Shown: positions 1 to 12,799, numbered from the whole stretch's first letter. The stretch is 62,820 nt of DNA, filler included, from Chiloscyllium plagiosum (GCF_004010195.1; 3 parts of one record of this genome joined end to end with filler, not necessarily neighbours in it); one strand, 5' to 3'. Numbers and translations are program-made. Notes: generated by a model not told the origin, from the sequence alone.

Positions 1-269
1 CAGCGCCAGAGACCCGGGTTCAATTCCTGCCTCAGGCGACTGACTGTGTGGAGTTTGCACATTCTCCCCGTGTCTGCGTGGGTTTCCTCCGGGTGCTCCG
101 GTTTCCTCCCACAATCCAAAGATGTGCAGTTCAGATGAATTAGCCATGCTAAATTGCCCGTAGTGTTAGGTAAGGGGTAAATGTAGGGGTATGGGTGGGT
201 TGTGCTTCGGCGGGGCGGTGTGGACTTGTTGGGCCGAAGGGCCTGTTTCCACACTAAGTAATCTAATCT
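1..269 (+). mobile_element. HE1-type V-SINE (tRNA-derived), cut by window start
   Basis: B-box-like gggttcaattcc, V-domain tgtgtggagtttgcacattctccccgtgtctgcgtgggtttcctccggg, (taatc)n tail. Confidence 0.9.
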
Positions 270-775
270 ACTTTCTTCATTCTCTTCTGAGGATTCACTC
301 GATCTATCTTGTCTATACCTGACATATGCTTCCTTTTTTTTCTTAACCAAACCCTCAATTTCTTTAGTCATCCAGCATTCCCTATAGTTATCAGCCTTCC
401 CTTTCACCCTGACAGGAATATACTTTCTCTGGATTCTTGTTATCTCATTTCTGAAGGCTTCCCATTTTCCAGCCATCCGTTTACTTGCGAACATCTGCCT
501 CCAATCAGCTGTTGAAAGTTATTGCCTAATACCATCAAAATTGGCCTTTCTTCAATTTAGAACTTCAACTTTTAGATCTGGTCTATCCTTTTCCATCACT
601 ATTTTAACAAATAGAATTATGGTCACTGGCCCCAAAGTACTCCCCCACTGACACCTCAGTCACCTGCCCTGCCTTATTTCCCAAGAGTAGGTCAAGATTT
701 GCACCTTCTCTAGTAGCTACATCCACATACTGATTCAGAAAATTGTCTTGTACACACTTAAGAAATTCCTCTCCA
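270..775 (-). mobile_element. CR1 LINE ORF2 fragment (C-terminal part of the APE endonuclease)
   Basis: ORF 604..831: EFLKCVQDNFLNQYVDVATREGANLDLLLGN...GASDHNSI (LDL and SDH motifs). Confidence 0.85.
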
Positions 776-779
776 CGGA

Positions 780-1248
780 TATGTCGGAAGCCAAACTTTG
801 ATTTACGAAACAATTCACATTCATCAAGCATTTTAATTACGAATCATGCAGTCCTTACTTTCTGCTCTTCCACATGAGCTTTCACTACTTCAGGAAGAAA
901 ATTTCTGGACTCCTCCAAAATAATCGTCTCTCAAAGAGCATATGTTTGATTTATTTTCAATACCTCTAACTATCTATCAAAATTACTATGTTTGATCCTT
1001 TCAAACCCAATGTACATTTGATCAGGTTCCCTCCTTAGATTCCTAAAACATTGCCTATAAGCTTCTGGTAGATGCACTTAAGATGCTTTTTTTTCACCTC
1101 ATCATAATCTGCAGATAGCTTCTCTGATAGTAATGCAAATATCTCATTAGCTCTATCTACAAACTTTGCTTGCATCAACAAAACCCACATGGTCACCAGC
1201 CATTTCATTTGTTTAGCCACTTTCTCGAATGAAATGAAAAAGGCTTCT
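780..1248 (-). mobile_element. Gypsy (Gmr1-like) LTR retrotransposon gag/SCAN-like fragment, degenerate
   Basis: DIEAFFISFEKVAKQMKWLVTMWVLLMQAKFVDRANEIFALLS..ADYDEVKK resembles vertebrate Gypsy gag upstream of the SCAN-like domain. Confidence 0.75.
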
Positions 1249-1355
1249 ATGTCCCAATTCCTTCGTCTCCGCCACATCTGCTCCCAGGAGGACCAGTTCA
1301 AAATACGTACAACACAGATGGCCTCCTTCTTCAAGGACCGCAATTTCCCCCCCCC
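1249..1355 (+). mobile_element. Penelope-like element ORF fragment (RT C-terminal region)
   Basis: SQFLRLRHICSQEDQFKIRTTQMASFFKDRNFP, matching the PLE SQFLRLRRICS motif. Confidence 0.8.
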
Positions 1356-1439
1356 TGCCTTCCCTTGTTTTTTCTTAATAAAGCTGTGAAATGAACTCAG
1401 GCATCTCGATCCAAGATTCGGGATATTTTCACCACATCA

Positions 1440-1625
1440 CAAGGCATCGACTCTAACTTCCCTTGTCCCTTCGCCTGCTGAGTCGCGCCTGAATCAACTC
1501 CTCAATTGGGAGGAAGGGGCGGAACCAGAGGACTGAGCAGCGGCCGGTCCGCCAACCAGAGTGAGTGAGGAGCGGGGACAACGCATTCTCGGGGAGTGAA
1601 CGCTTCAGGATTGGTCAGAAAGCCA
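1440..1625. promoter_or_regulatory. Small CpG-rich patch with GC box and CCAAT-like motifs (possible promoter)
   Basis: GGGGCGGA at 1516-1523, ATTGG at 1505 and 1610, many retained CpGs in a CpG-poor window. Confidence 0.3.
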
Positions 1626-1839
1626 ACTATTTTGCAGGATTGATCATTCTCACTACATAGTGGAGCATTAAACCTCTCCCATGAATCAATGTGAGATTTT
1701 TAAGAAATAGTTGAGATGTAAATCTGATAACGTAAATTAGGGAGATTTAAACAATCCTTCGATAAACACATGGGTGATTTTGCAATAGTGTAGGGGACGA
1801 GTTGAGAATAATTCACAGGTCGGCGTGAATAATTCACAG

Positions 1840-2112
1840 AGGTAGGGAGGAGGGACTTGGAGGAGGGGCGTTGGAAATGTGATAGGTGGAAAACCTATCA
1901 CATTTCCTATCACATTTCCAACGCCCCTCCTCCAAGTCCCTCCTCCCTACCTTTCATCTTCTCCTGCTGAACACTCTCTGCTCATTCCTGAAGAAGGGCC
2001 TGTGCCCGAAACGTCGAATCTCCTGTTCCCTGGATGCTGCCTGACCTGCTGTGCTGATCCAGCAATAAAGTTTCAACTTTGATCTCCAGCATCTGCAGTC
2101 CTCACTTTCTCC
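1840..2112 (+). mobile_element. PLE terminal repeat (family A) with inverted 5' segment and hammerhead motif
   Basis: Arms 1840-1886 and 1906-1952 are reverse complements; HHR core 1984-2019; 3' end ctccagcatctgcagtcctcactttctcc. Confidence 0.8.
1984..2019 (+). ncRNA. Minimal type I hammerhead ribozyme motif (family A)
   Basis: AUUC-CUGAAGA-A-GGGC(CUGU)GCCC-GAA-ACGU-C-GAAU; helix I AUUC/GAAU, helix II GGGC/GCCC, palindromic ACGU. Confidence 0.7.
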
Positions 2113-2416
2113 TCGAAGATTGTAAATGCTGTGCAATTCCCACAATTATCTTCCCTTTCCTCACAAACAGAAGCTAACCCAATTCCAATTTGTTTGGCAA
2201 TTCAAAAAGCTTTGCCTTGCTCACTTTCTGTAAAATACCGGAAGTGATTTCTTCTACCTATAGGAACTTCTTAGTGACTGAAAGTGCCATTATGTCACAA
2301 GGCAAGCCCTATTTAAACCAACCTAAAATTCAACACCAAGACTCACCGCCTTTACGTGCAATTATCCTAAACCCAACCTGGAATTAGAGATTTTGATCCT
2401 GGACAAGCTCCCAATT

Positions 2417-2995
2417 TATTATGGACCAGATCACACACCTTCAAAATTTATTAAGATAGTCTGGACCCTTATTTTAATTTTCAAGGTAGGTATAAGGTAT
2501 TATGTTCCAGATGAAACTTGATTGGCCAATCTTCTGTATTTAAGCAAAACACACTTTACTTTTACACTACAGTTAAAATGCAGACAAAATAAAAATAAAA
2601 GAATTGACTTAACTGTAACTCTATCAAAATAGTAACTAATTAATTATTCCAATATCACAACATCCCATAAACGAAACCTTGGCAAAGGAAATACCAGTAA
2701 AATGAAATTCTAGCAGCAAGAGTACCCAGCTTTTAGCTGTGATAGAGAGAGGAATAAGAGCATCAACATCTGGTTTCAAGACCCCAACGACTGCTACTGA
2801 AAAACTAAAACTAAAAATCCTAATTCTGTAGAAGCTTGGCCCAACCGATTCAGGCTGCTTCTCTTGTTCTAACTATTTTTAAAATTGCCTCACAAACTTA
2901 TAAATTCATTGGCTCTGCGTAGACTGTTCGGCACCTTTCTCAATCTTTATCAAAAAAACTAGAACAAAATACATCTCTTCAAGCCATCGTATCAC
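2417..2995. mobile_element. Probable LTR-like remnant
   Basis: Non-coding, repeat-like block near the Gypsy gag fragment; assigned by resemblance only. Confidence 0.3.
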
Positions 2996-3631
2996 CGCAC
3001 ATAGCCTAGCTTAATTTCTAGCTTAATTGTGTCACCTTCTCTAAAGACTACAAATGAAACAACTAATGAATCTTCCAATGTTGATTAGTCAATCATTTTC
3101 TGAATTATGTAGCCCTGGTTCCAGTGTAATTTAATAGTGCTATTTCCAAATATTATGGGATCTTAAATTTCGCTTCGTGCAATTTGTGCCAGCAGTGCAG
3201 GTATTGGGGAAATTGTGCCTAAAGAGCAGCACAATTAAATAAACATCCAAGGGGTAACATTTAAAAATCATAGAAACAATGTTGACCCCAGAGGAAACAA
3301 ATTTCAAGTTTCCAGAGAAAAGTCATAATGAACTCAAAAATTAACTTTGTTCAAAAGGTCAGCCCAGCATCAATCTCTCATGGTCATTATTAGTTGGGAA
3401 TAAATCCTGCTCCTGCCACCTATATGAGAAACATCTTTTTTTTTAAAAAAGACATTGCAAAAGCTTTTCATCTTGCGTTTTCCAGGATAATGTAAGAATG
3501 CAAAATTTCAACATCATTCCAATTTCAAGTAATAAGAACTTATAGATGCAAGAAAGAAAAAGATCTGGACAGAGTGGGAAAAAAAAAATGTTCTCACTGG
3601 TGGAATGACCGAGAAGAGGCGAACATAGATT

Positions 3632-3956
3632 GGACAGCATGGTGGCTCAGTGGTTAGCACTGCTGCCTCACATCACCAGGGACCCGGGTTTAATTCCTGC
3701 CGCGGGTAACTATCAATGTGGAGTTTGCACATTCTCCTCGTGTCTGCGTGGGTTTCCTCCGGGTGCTCCAGTTTCCTCCCACAGTCCAAAGATGTGCAGG
3801 TTAGGTGAATTGGTCATGCTAAATTGCCCATAGTGTTAGTTGCATTAGTCAGGGGTAAACACAGGGTAGGGGTGTGGGTGGGTTACTCTTCTGAGGGTCA
3901 GTGTGGACTTGTTGGGCCAAAAGGCCTGTTTCCATACTGCAGGGAATCTAATCTAA
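3632..3956 (+). mobile_element. HE1-type V-SINE
   Basis: A-box tggctcagtgg, B-box, V-domain, aatctaatctaa tail. Confidence 0.9.
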
Positions 3957-4682
3957 TGTAATTGACAAAAGATGTATTGGATACATGATGACAAACTTTT
4001 TGCAGAAGTCGGTGGTTAAGATCCTGAATGCATTACCTGAGAAACATGGTGGAGGCAGGTTCAATCAAGACACTCAAGAGTGATTTGAATTATCATCTGA
4101 ATGGGGAGCGTTATGATGCAAATGGTGGGGAATAACACAAAGTGAATTGCCCATTCAGAGAGCCATCAGGACTGAATGGTCTATCTGTGCTGTATCAATT
4201 CATGGGAAGGTAATTAAAACAACAAATAGTAAAACGCTAATAAGATGCAGAATGATGCAAATTACAGAAATTATATTATATCAAAAGAAAAACTGTTCAA
4301 ACCATATTCACCATACATTATTAATGATCTAAACTAAAAGCATTAGCTTTTATAAAAGCAGAACCTAACCTTTCCAATCAGCTCAGTCCACTTCGATGAT
4401 GCAATTTTAATTTGAATAAGATGCATACTTAAATGATGATTCTCATGAAATATTATTTAATGTACAAGAGCAGCATTTCTTTTGTCTAACTGGAATTACA
4501 GCTCGAGCTTATCCTTCAGCACATTACTTCCAATATCGACGTAGCACTCCGCAGATTAACAATCTAACAAGAGAAAATATCAAAGCTAACCTTTTAAATA
4601 TTCTACTTACCTTCAGCAATGGATGGCTTTTTCAGAAATAGATTCCGATCATTAAGATGATGAGGGGCTTTTAAGAAAGTCA

Positions 4683-4852
4683 AAAAGTCAGAAGTTACAC
4701 AACATCAAGTTATAGTACAACAGGTTTGTTTGAAATCATGAGCACTTAATCTGACAAAGGAGTAGCTTGTGATTTCAAATTAAGCTGTTGGACTCTAACC
4801 TGGGTGTCATGTGATTTCAGACTTTGTCCACCCCAGTTCAACACTGGCACCT
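4683..4852. mobile_element. Degenerate fold-back PLE terminal repeat (family B)
   Basis: ttatagtacaacaggtttgtttgaaatca is roughly inverted to tgatttcaaattaagctgttggactctaa; matches 53760-53838. Confidence 0.6.
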
Positions 4853-4884
4853 CGAGTGAGAAGGTAAACATAAAGGAAATGCAC

Positions 4885-5545
4885 TTCTTCATTCATTCAG
4901 GGTGTATGGACTTCTCTGGCTAGCCAAAATTTAAATGCTGATTATTAATGGTAATTGAAAAGATGGTGATGGACTGCCTACTTGAACTACTGCAGTCTAC
5001 TTGATCAGGGTATTGCCAGTGACGTTTCAGGATTGTAACCCAATTACAGCGAAGGAACCACTTTATATTTCCAAGTAAGAATGGTAAGTGGCCCCAAGAG
5101 GAATTTGCAGGTAGTGATGTTCCCATGCATCGGCTATCCTTGTCTTTCTAAATGGAATTGGTTATGGATTTGGAAGGTATTGTCTAAGGAGCCTAGTGAA
5201 ACTCTCCAGAACATCTTGTAGACAGTATATACTTCTACTGCTCTATATTGGTGGTAAAGAGACTAAAACATTTGTGGATGTGGTGTCAATCAAACAGGCT
5301 GTTTTGTCCTTGATGGTTTCAATCTTCTTGAGAGTTGTTAGAGCTGCATTCATACAGGTAAGTAGGGCAACATTCCATCATACTCCTGATGTGTACCTTG
5401 TAGATAGTGCATAGGCTTTAAGGAGTCAGGTGGTGAATTACTTGCTACAATATTCCGAGACTCTGGCATGCTCGTTAGCCATAGCAGTTATATGGCTGGT
5501 CCAACTCAGTTTCTGGTCAGTGATAGCTCTCTGGATTTTGATGAC
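4885..5545 (-). mobile_element. Degenerate LINE (CR1/L2 group) 3' fragment
   Basis: Similar to 7490-7680, 10103-10300, 12410-12790 and 40130-40440; 3' tail shared with the SINE at 45808. Confidence 0.55.
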
Positions 5546-5909
5546 GACTTTGACTTAGCCCTTGTGGGGAAAGTCCAGGTTGGAGCGTCTGCAGGCCCAT
5601 GGCTTAAGGACTGTAATGTTTAACTTCATGTCTTTATTTTCACACTTTAAACTAAGAAGAACTGTAACTTTGAACGTGCTAACTTGTTTTTTTTTTATTT
5701 TTCTATTTTTGTCCCTAAGGTTTTGGACCTAAGATTGCTCCAGGAATGGCGACTTTGTACACTTTTCACTGTGGCCCTGTACTTGAGTACATGTAGCAAT
5801 AAAACCTAATTCTAATTCTAAAATTAACTACGAAGCTATCAGGTTGTCAACAAAAACATTTAAGAACAATATTTAATGCTTCCGTGATTTTAGCAGAATC
5901 CAATCAGAC

Positions 5910-6370
5910 TCAGAGTCATAGAGTTACACAGCACGGAAACAGACACTCCGATCCAACTCGCCCCCACCAGCCAGATATCCTCAATGATCTAGTCCTATTT
6001 GCCAGCATTTGACACAATTCCCTCTAAATCCCTCCTATTCATGGACCCATCTAGCTGCCTTTTACAATGTTGTAATTGTGCCAGCCTCCACCACTTCCTC
6101 TGGTAGCTTGTTCCATATATGCACCACCTTCTATGTGAAAAAGTTGCCCCTTGGGATGTTTTTAAATCTTTCACCTTAAACCTTTGCCCTCTAGTTTTGA
6201 ACTCCCCTACCCAGGGAAAAAGATCTTGGCTCTTCACCTTATCCATGCCTCTCAAGATTTTATAAACTTCTATAAGGTCACCCCTCAGCCTCCAACACTC
6301 CAGAGAAAAAGGCTCGAGCTTATTCAGCCTCTTCCTGTAGCTCAAACTCTCCAATTTCAGCAATATCAAA
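5910..6370 (-). mobile_element. CR1 LINE 3' end
   Basis: LESLSYRKRLNKLEPFSLECWRLRGDLIEVYKIL...KTRGQ; CR1 3' UTR. Confidence 0.9.
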
Positions 6371-7124
6371 TTTTCCAAAGACAGAAAACCAGATGACAAC
6401 TTCCTTCTAAATTAATTCCTATGTAGAGCAAGGCAGTGGGTAGAAATGGTCAACAATCATTCTTGAAGTGGGTAGAGTTTATACTTGAGCAAATTTAAAG
6501 CCATACTTTGAAAACTAGAAGGACACAGTTATTACTAATCCTCGCATCCATTCTGTTCAGATCACTACATTACAAGATATTTTTGGAGTTTGCGTTTGCT
6601 CAACATTGTATCTCCGATTTAAAAAAAAACTATTTCAGAAAATAGCTTTTATGAAATGTAAATTGACCTACTCTGCCAAATGCATCAATGAAGAATTGCA
6701 AAGCGAATATTACTTGTGCCGTGTTATTGCAGGAAAATATGCTTTAATGAAGGTTCTCAAAGAGCATTTGGCAAACAATATTTGAAAATGAAAAATATTA
6801 ATTCAGTGAGTTAAGCATTAAGCAGGAAGATTACACATGTTGAGAAATTAATTTCCTCAACTAGAGTTATTCCCTAGTCATAGCAAACTACTCTTCCACC
6901 ACTGTTCCTTTCCCTTATAAACTAAAAATCTGTCCACCTGCCTTTTCAGGCAACACATACTTCAAAACTTCGAATCTCAAAAATTCCATTGAAGTATACA
7001 GCAGAAATTATCTTTCACCCCTTCATTAACAATTGCAGATCATCATTTGTAGTGACTAAATTAGCAATATATCTAATCACAATTTCAAGCATATTGACAC
7101 ATTAGTCAGCTAACTTTGAACATT

Positions 7125-7330
7125 GTGAAACTGAGGACTGCAGATGCTGGAGATGAGAGTCAAGATTAGAGTGGTGCTGGAAAAGCACAGCAGGTCAGGC
7201 AGATCCGAGGAGCAGGAAAATCGACGTTTTGTGCAGGAGCGCTGATGAAGGGCTCCTGGCCGAAACGTCAATTTTCCTGTTCCTCGGATGCTGCCTGGCC
7301 TGCTGTGCTTTTGTAGCACCACTCTAATCT
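7125..7330. mobile_element. Fold-back PLE repeat (family A) with 14-bp TSD
   Basis: TSD taactttgaacatt at 7111-7124 and 7331-7344; inverted arms meet at ctgatgaagggctcctggccgaaacgtc. Confidence 0.85.
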
Positions 7331-8489
7331 TAACTTTGAACATTAGCAAGTGACCTTTTAGCACATACCAAAGAAAACTCTTTTGGAAGTGAATTATTAA
7401 TAATTTGACTTTTAAAAAATCCTCTTTATAAAACTGATTTATGGCACAACTTCAATTTCCTTTTTAATTTACTTGGTTCATTTTTCATTCTTTTATATTT
7501 TTATAATGAGGATAGGCTGAGTTTGTTGTGTATTTGTCCTTTGAGAAAGTGGCAGTGAGTTGCCTTATTGCACCATTGTAGTTGTTGGGGTATAGGTACA
7601 CCCACAATGCTGTTCGGCAGGGTGTTGCAGAATTTTGACATTCAGCAACAGTCAAAGTAATACAGCATGGTGTGAGACTTGGGAGTGATATACGTTTAAA
7701 GGGGGGAGTAGACTACTCAGTCCCTTGAACCTGCTTCATAATTATACAGCATGAATGGTCATTTATCTCAATGCCCTTGTTATCATCATAAGAGTTGAAG
7801 TCATTAGCAAATGGAAAACTATCAAAATATGCCTTGAACATATTTAATGATTGACCTTCTACATCTCTTTCATTGTGCATGACATGCCAATCAAATGGTC
7901 TGTTTTCTTCTCAATGGAAATTTCTCCACAAAGAAATTAGTTTTAGAATAGGAAATGTTTAAGCATAATCCCAGAAACAGAATGGAGTCTGGTCTGAATC
8001 CCATTGTGATGGCCTCCCAATTGAGGGTTTGGACGTACATAATTGGCCAGCTTTTATTTCATTGTGAAGTGGCTCATTAATTGCTAATAGAGTCATAGGG
8101 AGGTACAGCATGGAAACAGACCCTTCCGTCCAACTCATCCATGCTGACCAGATATCCTAACCTAATCTAGTCCCAGTTGCCACCACTTGGCCCATATCCG
8201 TCCAAACCTTCCTAGCCGCATACCATTAATCAAAACAAATTACTTTGATTGCATGCATGCAATGCAAAGCAGTTGAATTATTTTAGGGACCACATGAATT
8301 CTCAAAGTGGTTCAGATACAACAAACAAATACGGTAAAACTTAAAACACTCTACACTTAGACGTGGCACAGTTTAGAGCTTTGACAAAGGGCCAGTCTTT
8401 TCTCGCCTTACAGATGCTGCCAGACCTGCTGAGATTTTCCAGCATTTTCTCTTTTGGTTTCAGTTTGCATTGTGTTCCAGAGGTGGAAC

Positions 8490-8625
8490 AGAGATTCGTG
8501 ATGAAAGGCTTTTGCCCAGAATGTCAATTTTCCTGCTCCTCGGATGCTGCCTGACCTGCTGTGTTTTTCCAGCGCCACTCTAATCTTGACTTGAATCTCC
8601 AGCATCCGCAGTACCCACTTCTGCC
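8490..8625 (+). mobile_element. PLE repeat (family A) with 15-bp TSD
   Basis: TSD ttccagaggtggaac at 8475-8489 and 8626-8640; degenerate HHR gtgatgaaaggcttttgccc. Confidence 0.85.
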
Positions 8626-8984
8626 TTCCAGAGGTGGAACCCAACTTGTTGAATCTGGTGAAGCAACTACCATCTGAGCGCTTTCAGTTATTCCTTTTCT
8701 TGTTATTGATTGATATCATTCCCACAATAATATTAAATTGGATTTTTTTGTGGGTAACACAAGGCATGATTTGTTATTAAGGAGGAAAAACATTGCTCCT
8801 ATGCTGTTTTGCAGTATTGCTATCTTCAGCTATTCCGCAAATGACCTTCCTTTCATTTAAACTTCAGAAATGGGGATGTCCATTGACAGTTGCACAATTT
8901 TACCATCATTCATGACAGATCAAATACTGGAATAATTAATGTATATGTATGACATGGCTTGGACAATATCCAGGCTTGTGCTGG

Positions 8985-9275
8985 TAAGTTTTTTTTATTC
9001 ACTTGCAGAATGCAAGCATCTCTGGCTCAGACAGCATTTATTGCCCATCCCTAATTGCTTGGAGGCAGTTAAAAGTCAAACACAATGCTGTACAACTGGA
9101 GTCACATATGGACTGGACCAAGTAAGGATGACTGATTTCCTTCCCTGAAGGGCATTAGTGAATCAGATGGGTTTTTCCAATAATCGACAACGGCTTCATG
9201 GTCATCATTAGATCCTCAATTCCAGGTTATTTATTGAATTCAAATTTCACCATCTGCCATGGCATGATTTGAAGT
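8985..9275 (-). mobile_element. tRNA-SINE/LINE-tail repeat, same family as 45808-46180
   Basis: cagcatttattgcccatccctaattg and gagtcacatatg...ggaccaagtaagg are reverse complements of motifs in the 45808 copy. Confidence 0.65.
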
Positions 9276-9354
9276 GACAAATAACATTTGTGCCATACAA
9301 GTATCAGGCAGTGCTCATCTCCAATAAATGAGAATATAACCATCTTCCCTTTCA

Positions 9355-10102
9355 TGATTTGGATGCGAGCATAAGAGGTATAGTTAGTAAGTTTGCAAAT
9401 GACATCAAAATTGGAGGTGTAGTGGACAGCGAAGAGGGTTACCTCAGATTACAACAGGATCTTGACCAGATGGGCCAATGGGCTGAGAAATGGCAGATGG
9501 AGTTTAATTCAGATAAATGCGAGGTGCTGCATTTTAGGAAAGCAAATCTTAGCAGGACTTATACACTTAATGGTAAGGTCCTAGGGTGTGTTGCTGAACA
9601 AAGACACCTTGGAGTGCAGGTTCATAGCTCCTTGAAAGTTGAGTCACAGGTAAATAGGATAGTGAAGGCGGCATTTGGTATGCTTTCCTTTATTGGTCAG
9701 GGTATTGAGTGCAGGGGTTGGGAGGTCATATTGCGGCTGTACAGGACATTGGCAAGGCCACTGTTGGAATATTGTGTGCAATTCTGGTTTCCTTCCTATT
9801 GGAAAGATGTTGTGAAACTTGAAAGGGTTCTGAAAAGATTTACAAGGATGTTGCCAGGGTTGGAGGATTTGAGCTATAGGGAGAGACTGAACAGACTGGG
9901 GCTGTTTTCCCTGGATCGGCAGAGGCTGAGCGGTGACCTTATAGAGGTTTACAAAATTATGAGGGGCATGGATAGGGTAAATAGGCAAAGTCTTTTCCCT
10001 GGGGTGGGGGAGTCCAGAACTAGAGAGCATAGATTTAGGGTGAGAGCAGAAAAATATAAAAGAGACCTACAGGGCAACTTTTTCACACAGAGGGTGGTAC
10101 GT
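9355..10102 (+). mobile_element. CR1 LINE ORF2 (RT C-terminal half), 5'-truncated, frame still open
   Basis: 258-aa ORF: SKFANDIKIGG (FADD variant), WQMEFNSDKCEVLH, RPLLEYCVQFW, GDLIEVYKI. Confidence 0.95.
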
Positions 10103-10334
10103 ATTTCCAAGTTAGGATGGCGAGTGGCTGAGTAGGGAACTTGCAGGTGGTGGTGTTCCAATGTACTTGCTGTTCTTGACCTTCTGGATGGAAGTGGTTA
10201 TGGGTTTAGAAAATGCTATCTAAGGAACTTTGGGAAATATCTGCAATGCATCTTGCAGATAGTTCACACAGCTGCTATTATGCATCAGTGGTGGAGCGCA
10301 TGGTGGAATCTGCATTTAGCAAACTTGCAAAAAA

Positions 10335-10630
10335 CACATGATCTAACAACCTGTTTTTGTGTTGTTGATTGAGGATTAAATACTAAAAATGGCAAGAAAG
10401 ATAATCCTCCTGTTATTTCTTGTAATACTGTAATTGGGTTGTTTACATTGACCAAGCAGTAAGTACCTCAGTAAAACTTCTTACCTGAAAGACAAAATCG
10501 CTGACAGGGAAGCTCTTCCCTTGTGCTCGAATGAAACACCAGCTTTGATTTTTGTGCTTAATGCATGAATTGGGACTTGCACCTGGAACCTTAAAACTCA
10601 GCAACAGCTATTTACCAATGGAGCAATGCC
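10335..10630 (-). mobile_element. Ancient DeuSINE-like (SacSINE1/AmnSINE-type Deu domain) copy
   Basis: Reverse complement resembles the Deu-domain consensus (gtctttcaggtaagaagtttta...aatcctcaatcaacaacac...caggttgttagatcat). Confidence 0.5.
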
Positions 10631-11059
10631 TAATACTCTTTTCTTTTCAAGTGTAAAACAGTCTGCAAATGAACTATCGTGAAAAATAAAGTGGACAACT
10701 TTTTAAGAGTCCCAGCCCAATGCCATCTTAAATACACAACCTGCTACACCTTCACAAAAAATTATTCATATATGAACATTATGAAAACTAAATACTCTTG
10801 TTCAGCACATCTCTCACACACAAAATATTTTATTGAAGAAGAGAACTTATAATCAGAACATCAGCTTTTAATTAAAAACACAGATTTAACAGAACCTGAC
10901 AAAACAAATGCTATCCATGAAATTTCACAAAATCAACTCAAATCTTGAAGTTGGTGCCAATTGTCATTATAAATCACCTTGGGTAAATCTATTCACCAAC
11001 TGATACAGTTCCACTTAACTCAAGCAACTCCTGACACAACAACCCTCTATTACACGAAT

Positions 11060-11440
11060 TAATCCATTGAACCTTGCTTGTTCTGTCTTTAAGGCAAGTC
11101 TTTCTGTCCTTCCCGGGACAAGGAGACTAAAATTGCACATGGTATGTGAAATGAGGCATCATCAAGAGCCCACAGAATTGCAGCAAGACTTCCTTATGCT
11201 TGAAAAAATCCTTTTAAAAAATTCCCTGAAATAGTAGCTGATATACCATTTGCCTTCCAAGTTGCTTGCTGAACTTACTGGTTAGACTTTTGTGAATTAT
11301 GTACGAGGATAGGAATATCACTGAATCCTAACATTTTGGTGCCTCACTTTAAAAAATAATTCTGATTTTTGAACCTTCCTGCAAAAGTTAAATTTCCCTA
11401 TATTATAATCCATCTGTCACCTGGTCGCCCACTCAACTAA
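11060..11440 (-). mobile_element. Degenerate CR1 ORF2 fragment
   Basis: Residual similarity to the YCVQFW region. Confidence 0.5.
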
Positions 11441-11809
11441 TCTGCCAAAATGAAATCAGTGTGTTAGAACTTTAATTTATAGAAAAGAAACAACAGCTCC
11501 AAGCTGGTCTCTGTAGCAGTATTAATCTACACCTAGCAAAGATCCATGGGGAAAACTTGTCACATCCTGTCAATTAGATAGTTTTTTTTAATTTCAATCC
11601 TTTGTCTCCAACCAACCAAATAACTGCCACAAGGTTACCTGCAATGAAGGGGTGTGAAGTCATATTAGTGAATAACAAGATAATTTAAAAGTGTAGTTTC
11701 TAGATGGAAAAAAAATGAACTGCTTGGTAAAGCTTTTTTACTAATTGGCTCAAATGATGAAAAGTATTTTAATAATAATGTTGCCATGTGCAGGTGTTGT
11801 TTTCTGCAC

Positions 11810-12200
11810 AGAGCCATACAGCACAGAAACAAACCCTTCAATTCAACCAGTCCATGCTGACCATAATCCCAAACTGAACTCATCCCACCTGCCTGTGCTT
11901 GGCCGATATCCCTCCAAATATTTCATATTCACGTAGTTACCCAAATTTCCTTTCAACATTCTAACTGTATCTGCATCCACCACTTCCTCTAGAAGGTCAT
12001 TCCACACACAAACCATCCTCTGTGTAAAAAAGTTGCCCCTCATCTTTTTAAAATCTTTTTTTTTCACCTTAAAAATTCATCCCTATTCTTGAAATCCCTG
12101 ACCCTGGGGAAAAGATATCTGCCATTCACCCTATCTATTCCCCTCATGATTTTAAATATCTCTGTAAGGTCATCCCTCAATCTCCTAAGCTCAATCTCCA
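11810..12200 (-). mobile_element. CR1 LINE 3' end
   Basis: RGNFFTQRMVCVWNDLLEEVVDA. Confidence 0.85.
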
Positions 12201-12799
12201 GTGGAAAGTGAACTCTGAAAATCTAATTTGACTGCTACATTGACTCAGATAATCAATGATAATAGTTAATTACATTTACACACTGACTTAATATCTATGA
12301 GCAATAGGTCATAAAAATATCAAAAGCCCAAGTTCATTTTCTTGACTAACCTCACCTTCATCTTTCACAGAAGTCTAGTTTCTGCATTATTTTCATATTA
12401 TTCACACAAGGGAGATGGTCTTTACTAGCTGAGCAAACATGTGTAGTCCATCCCAATTATGCTTGAGACAGCAGTGATGAGCTGCCTTTTTAAACTGCTG
12501 CAGCTCATTTGCGGCAGGTATAATCACAATTGTGTTAAACAGGGAGTTCCAAGACTTTCACCAAGCAGCAGTGAGGTAATGGCACTATAATTTCCAAATC
12601 AGGATGTTGAATGGTTTTGAGAGAAACTTGCAGGTGGCAATGTTCCCATATATCTTTAACCATTGCGCTTCCAGATGATAGTAGTCATGGGTTTAGAAGG
12701 TGCTATCTAAGAAGCCTTGGTGAATTTCTACAGTACATCTTGCAGGGTTACATCTTGCAGTCAATGCTTTGACTGAGTGTCAGTAGAAGGCAGAATAGA

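Noticed and set aside
1..775. Apparent segmental duplication with 51723-52920 (HE1 followed by minus-strand CR1)
   Set aside because: The HE1-CR1 junctions differ, so these are independent copies of two abundant families.
9359..10135. 258-aa ORF as a host gene
   Set aside because: It is a 5'-truncated CR1 RT fragment with the catalytic FADD changed to FAND.
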